From contig JALUVJ010000046.1 in assembly GCA_027020665.1 (NCBI GenBank), positions 1 through 59,935 on the forward strand: DNA of 59,935 bases, read 5' to 3'. A program made the translations under genes and the position numbers. Below, piece after piece: positions 57,062-59,935 of this stretch. Position 1 is the first letter of the stretch; each line of letters starts with the position of its first letter. Source of the stretch: Nitrospira sp. GTDB taxonomy: Bacteria; Nitrospirota; Nitrospiria; SBBL01; JAADHI01. Below the pieces are notes generated by a model that worked only from the letters and a program-made list of their open reading frames with translations, had not been told where the DNA came from and did not search any database.

Positions 57062-57691
57062 ATGGTCTCGCTCGATTTCAAGCTTTATATGATTACGGAT
57101 CGTCATCAGACGGCGGGGCGTCCCTTGCTTCAGGTCGTTGAGACTGCGGCATCGGCAGGCATTTCCGCCATTCAATTCCGGGAAAAAGACCTTTCACTGC
57201 GCGAACAGTTTGATTTGGCAGTGAAGGTAAAAAAAATCACCGACCGCTACGGCGTATCTTTGATGATTAATGACCGTGCGGATTTGTGTCTGGCCTTGGA
57301 TGCGGCGGGCGTGCATCTGCCTTCGACAGGTTTTTCTGTGGATGTCGCCCGCTCACTTTTGGGCTCTGACAAACTGATCGGGGTCTCCTGTCATGCGCTT
57401 TCCGAGCTTAAAACGGCCGAATCGCTGGGCGCAGACTTTGCGGTTTTTGGGCCGGTTTACGATACGCCTTCAAAGCGGCCTTACGGTGCGCCGCTTACGC
57501 TTGCGTCTTTCAAACACGCAAAATCAATAACAAGCCTTCCGCTTTTTGCCATCGGGGGCATCAATCAAAGCCGACTGTCCGCTGTTTTTTCAGCCGGGGC
57601 CGACGGTGTCGCCATGATCTCAGCGATTTCGACTGCAAAGGATATTGAAGCCCGCTGCGCCGAACTTTTGCAAGCCGTGACATCATTTTAA
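57062..57691 (+). CDS. thiE: Thiamine-phosphate synthase
   Basis: LYMITD, QFREK, INDRAD, GVHL, GVSCH, TPSK and AIGGI motifs. A TenI-like role cannot be excluded. Confidence 0.8.
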   Translation: MVSLDFKLYMITDRHQTAGRPLLQVVETAASAGISAIQFREKDLSLREQFDLAVKVKKITDRYGVSLMINDRADLCLALDAAGVHLPSTGFSVDVARSLLGSDKLIGVSCHALSELKTAESLGADFAVFGPVYDTPSKRPYGAPLTLASFKHAKSITSLPLFAIGGINQSRLSAVFSAGADGVAMISAISTAKDIEARCAELLQAVTSF

Positions 57692-57833
57692 GCCTTTTCT
57701 CCCCCCTGACATTTATCCAACAATCCATCGCTGATTTTGGGATTTGTATCCTGAAAGCCAAATCGGGTACATTAGCGCGATTCAGAATAAGTCGCAGGCC
57801 TCTCTTGAACCGATGAAGGGGGAACACCGTTTC

Positions 57834-59612
57834 ATGACACTCGAAATCACATTCGTTTTTTTGCTCGTGCTGACGACCGTATTGCTCTTTGTGACGGAAA
57901 AATTACCGGTCGATCTTGTTGCGCTCATAGTCATGGCCACTTTATTGGTTAGCGGCATTATCTCACTTGAAGAAGGGATTTCAGGGTTTAGCAATACGGC
58001 AACCGTCACGGTTGCCGCCATGTTTGTAATTAGTGCGGGTTTATTCAAGACCGGTGCGCTTAAAGTGATTTCATCCAACCTGGAGCGCATCGGACGGCAC
58101 AGTTTTTGGGTGGCTTTGATCGCGATGATGCTGGTTGTGGGCGTGATCTCGGCCTTTGTCAACAATACGGCGACGGTGGCGATTTTTATGCCCATTGTGC
58201 TTAGGGTTGCGCGTGAGGCCAATGTCAGCCCCTCAAAACTCCTCATGCCGCTCTCCTTTGCGTCGATCTTTGGTGGAGCCTGCACGCTGATCGGGACATC
58301 CACAAACATTCTTGTGAATTCGATCGCGGAGCGCGACGGGATCGGCTCTTTTGGAATGTTTGAATTTACGCCGATCGGTTTGATGATTTTTGTCGTGGGC
58401 ATGATTTACATGGTTTTAATCGGGGTGCCCATGATTCCGAGCAAGGGGACCGGGGAAGACCTGACAGATAAGTTTGGCATGGGCGATTATTTAACGGAAA
58501 TCATCCTGCTTCAAAAGGCAAAATCGGTGGGCAAGACCCTGAAGGACTCTCCTTTGGTGCGGGATATGGATATTGACATTCTGGAAGTCTTTCGGGGGGG
58601 ACGGCGTTTGCCCATGCCCTCCCATGAAGTGATTTTGCAGGAATACGATGTTTTGCGTGTGCGCGCGAACGTACGCAAGATCCGGGAAATTCAGGAGCGG
58701 GAAGGCATTGTTATCAAGTCGGGACTTAAGTGGCGGGACAAAGATTTGGAATCGGAGCACGCAATCTTGGTTGAAGCCGTGATTGCGCCGCATTCCATGT
58801 TGGACGGCAAGTCGCTTGAGGACATCGGTTTTCGGGATCGTTTTGGCGCATCGCCGCTTGCCATTCGTCACAGCGGCGCGGTGCGGCATGAAAAACTGGA
58901 AACGACCGTTTTGCGGGGCGGAGATGCCTTGTTGATCGAGGTGAAACGCGATCACCTGATTCAACTCAAAAAACACCCGGCCTTTGTTTTCATCTCGGAA
59001 GTGGAGCAAGCGATCTTTCGAAAACGGAAGGTTTTGCCTGCACTGGCGGTGGTTTCCGGTGTTGTCATTACAAGTGCCTTGGGCATTTTCCCTATTGTCG
59101 TCAGTGCGATTGTGGGTGCGATTATTTTAATTTTAAGCGGCTGTCTAACCTTGGAAGAGGCCTATGAATCGATCGATTGGAAAGTGATTTTTCTGCTCGC
59201 CGGGCTTTTGACCTTGGGTATTGCCTTGGAAAAAAGCGGTGCGGCGGCTTTGGTCGCCAAAACGATGATTGACTACATCGGCCCCTGGGGGCCGCTTGCC
59301 CTGCTTTCGGCTTTTTTCTTCATCACCAGTATTTTGACGGAGGCCATGTCGAATAATGCCAGTGCCGCCCTGCTTGCACCCATCGCGATTGTGGCTGCGG
59401 AATCCCAGGGCTTGAGCGCCCGTCCTTTTCTGATGGCCGTGATGTTCGGCGCGTCTTTAAGCTTCATGACACCGGTGGGTTATCAAACCAACACCCTGAT
59501 TTACGGGCCTGGGCAATACCGGTTTTCAGATTTTTTACGTGTGGGCACGCCCTTGAATATTATTTTTTGGCTGCTCTGTACCTGGTTCATTCCCAAACTC
59601 TGGCCCTTTTAG
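57834..59612 (+). CDS. SLC13/DASS family transporter with TrkA-C domains
   Basis: SAFVNNT, TLIGTSTN, two RCK_C domains, MSNNAS and TPVGYQTN motifs. Confidence 0.9.
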   Translation: MTLEITFVFLLVLTTVLLFVTEKLPVDLVALIVMATLLVSGIISLEEGISGFSNTATVTVAAMFVISAGLFKTGALKVISSNLERIGRHSFWVALIAMMLVVGVISAFVNNTATVAIFMPIVLRVAREANVSPSKLLMPLSFASIFGGACTLIGTSTNILVNSIAERDGIGSFGMFEFTPIGLMIFVVGMIYMVLIGVPMIPSKGTGEDLTDKFGMGDYLTEIILLQKAKSVGKTLKDSPLVRDMDIDILEVFRGGRRLPMPSHEVILQEYDVLRVRANVRKIREIQEREGIVIKSGLKWRDKDLESEHAILVEAVIAPHSMLDGKSLEDIGFRDRFGASPLAIRHSGAVRHEKLETTVLRGGDALLIEVKRDHLIQLKKHPAFVFISEVEQAIFRKRKVLPALAVVSGVVITSALGIFPIVVSAIVGAIILILSGCLTLEEAYESIDWKVIFLLAGLLTLGIALEKSGAAALVAKTMIDYIGPWGPLALLSAFFFITSILTEAMSNNASAALLAPIAIVAAESQGLSARPFLMAVMFGASLSFMTPVGYQTNTLIYGPGQYRFSDFLRVGTPLNIIFWLLCTWFIPKLWPF

Positions 59613-59750
59613 CCCGCTTCAGGATTTTCTCAAAAATCCAATCGCGGCTCTTTCTTCCTTTTCAAAAAGCGACTATGTTACGATACCGGGCTTTCGGAGT
59701 GCGAATGCCGCTTGCGGTTCAAGCATCTTCCGGCCGGGATGAGGAGATCG

Positions 59751-59935
59751 ATGGGCAAAATCATCGCTGTGGCCAATCAAAAAGGGGGCGTGGCAAAAAC
59801 AACGACGGCGATCAATCTCTCGGCCTCTTTGGCGGTGGCGGAAAAACGTGTCTTGCTCATCGACCTTGATCCGCAGGGCAACGCAACCAGTGGGGTCGGA
59901 ATAGACTGTGATACACTAAAAGAAAGCGTTTACGG
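59751..59935 (+). CDS. parA: ParA/Soj family ATPase (N-terminal part, runs off the window)
   Basis: Manual translation [23 protein letters not shown]...[15 protein letters not shown]; GAGGAG SD. Not in the ORF track. Confidence 0.9.
   Translation, partial: MGKIIAVANQKGGVAKTTTAINLSASLAVAEKRVLLIDLDPQGNATSGVGIDCDTLKESVY

Noticed and set aside
59567-59869. 100-aa ORF at the window end
   Set aside because: The real gene is parA, in another frame from 59751.

Overview
Gene-dense bacterial chromosomal window, mostly cofactor biosynthesis and housekeeping genes. The gene style suggests Nitrospirota, which is inference only. In order it holds: a partial thiE-like gene; bioF-SDR-bioD; clpC; an IS1380 relic; an acyl-lipid desaturase; an IscS-like gene lacking the PLP lysine, coupled to tusA; an FG-GAP lipoprotein; a VOC/PAS-LuxR/truncated Ada/dienelactone hydrolase/AlkC-D-like block peppered with MITE-like relics; an ABC permease, EamA and a MarR relic; grxD-bolA; and an MFS transporter. 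Next is a ~21.7 kb cobalamin operon with two B12 riboswitches, two TonB receptors, early-cobalt cbi genes plus bluB, a CbiH-CbiL fusion and a cbiD that apparently starts at ATA. It is followed by sdhA-gcvPB-NUDIX-M28, lptFG and a dual ABC ATPase. A redox-looking block then contains marR, two paralogous CxxC-x25-CxxC microproteins, mdh, a Rossmann-fold sigma54 activator with a visible -24/-12 promoter and enhancers, a stand-alone NuoF-like gene and erpA. The window ends with thiS (C-terminally extended)-thiG-thiE, an SLC13 transporter and the start of parA. I saw no rRNA, tRNA or CRISPR array.
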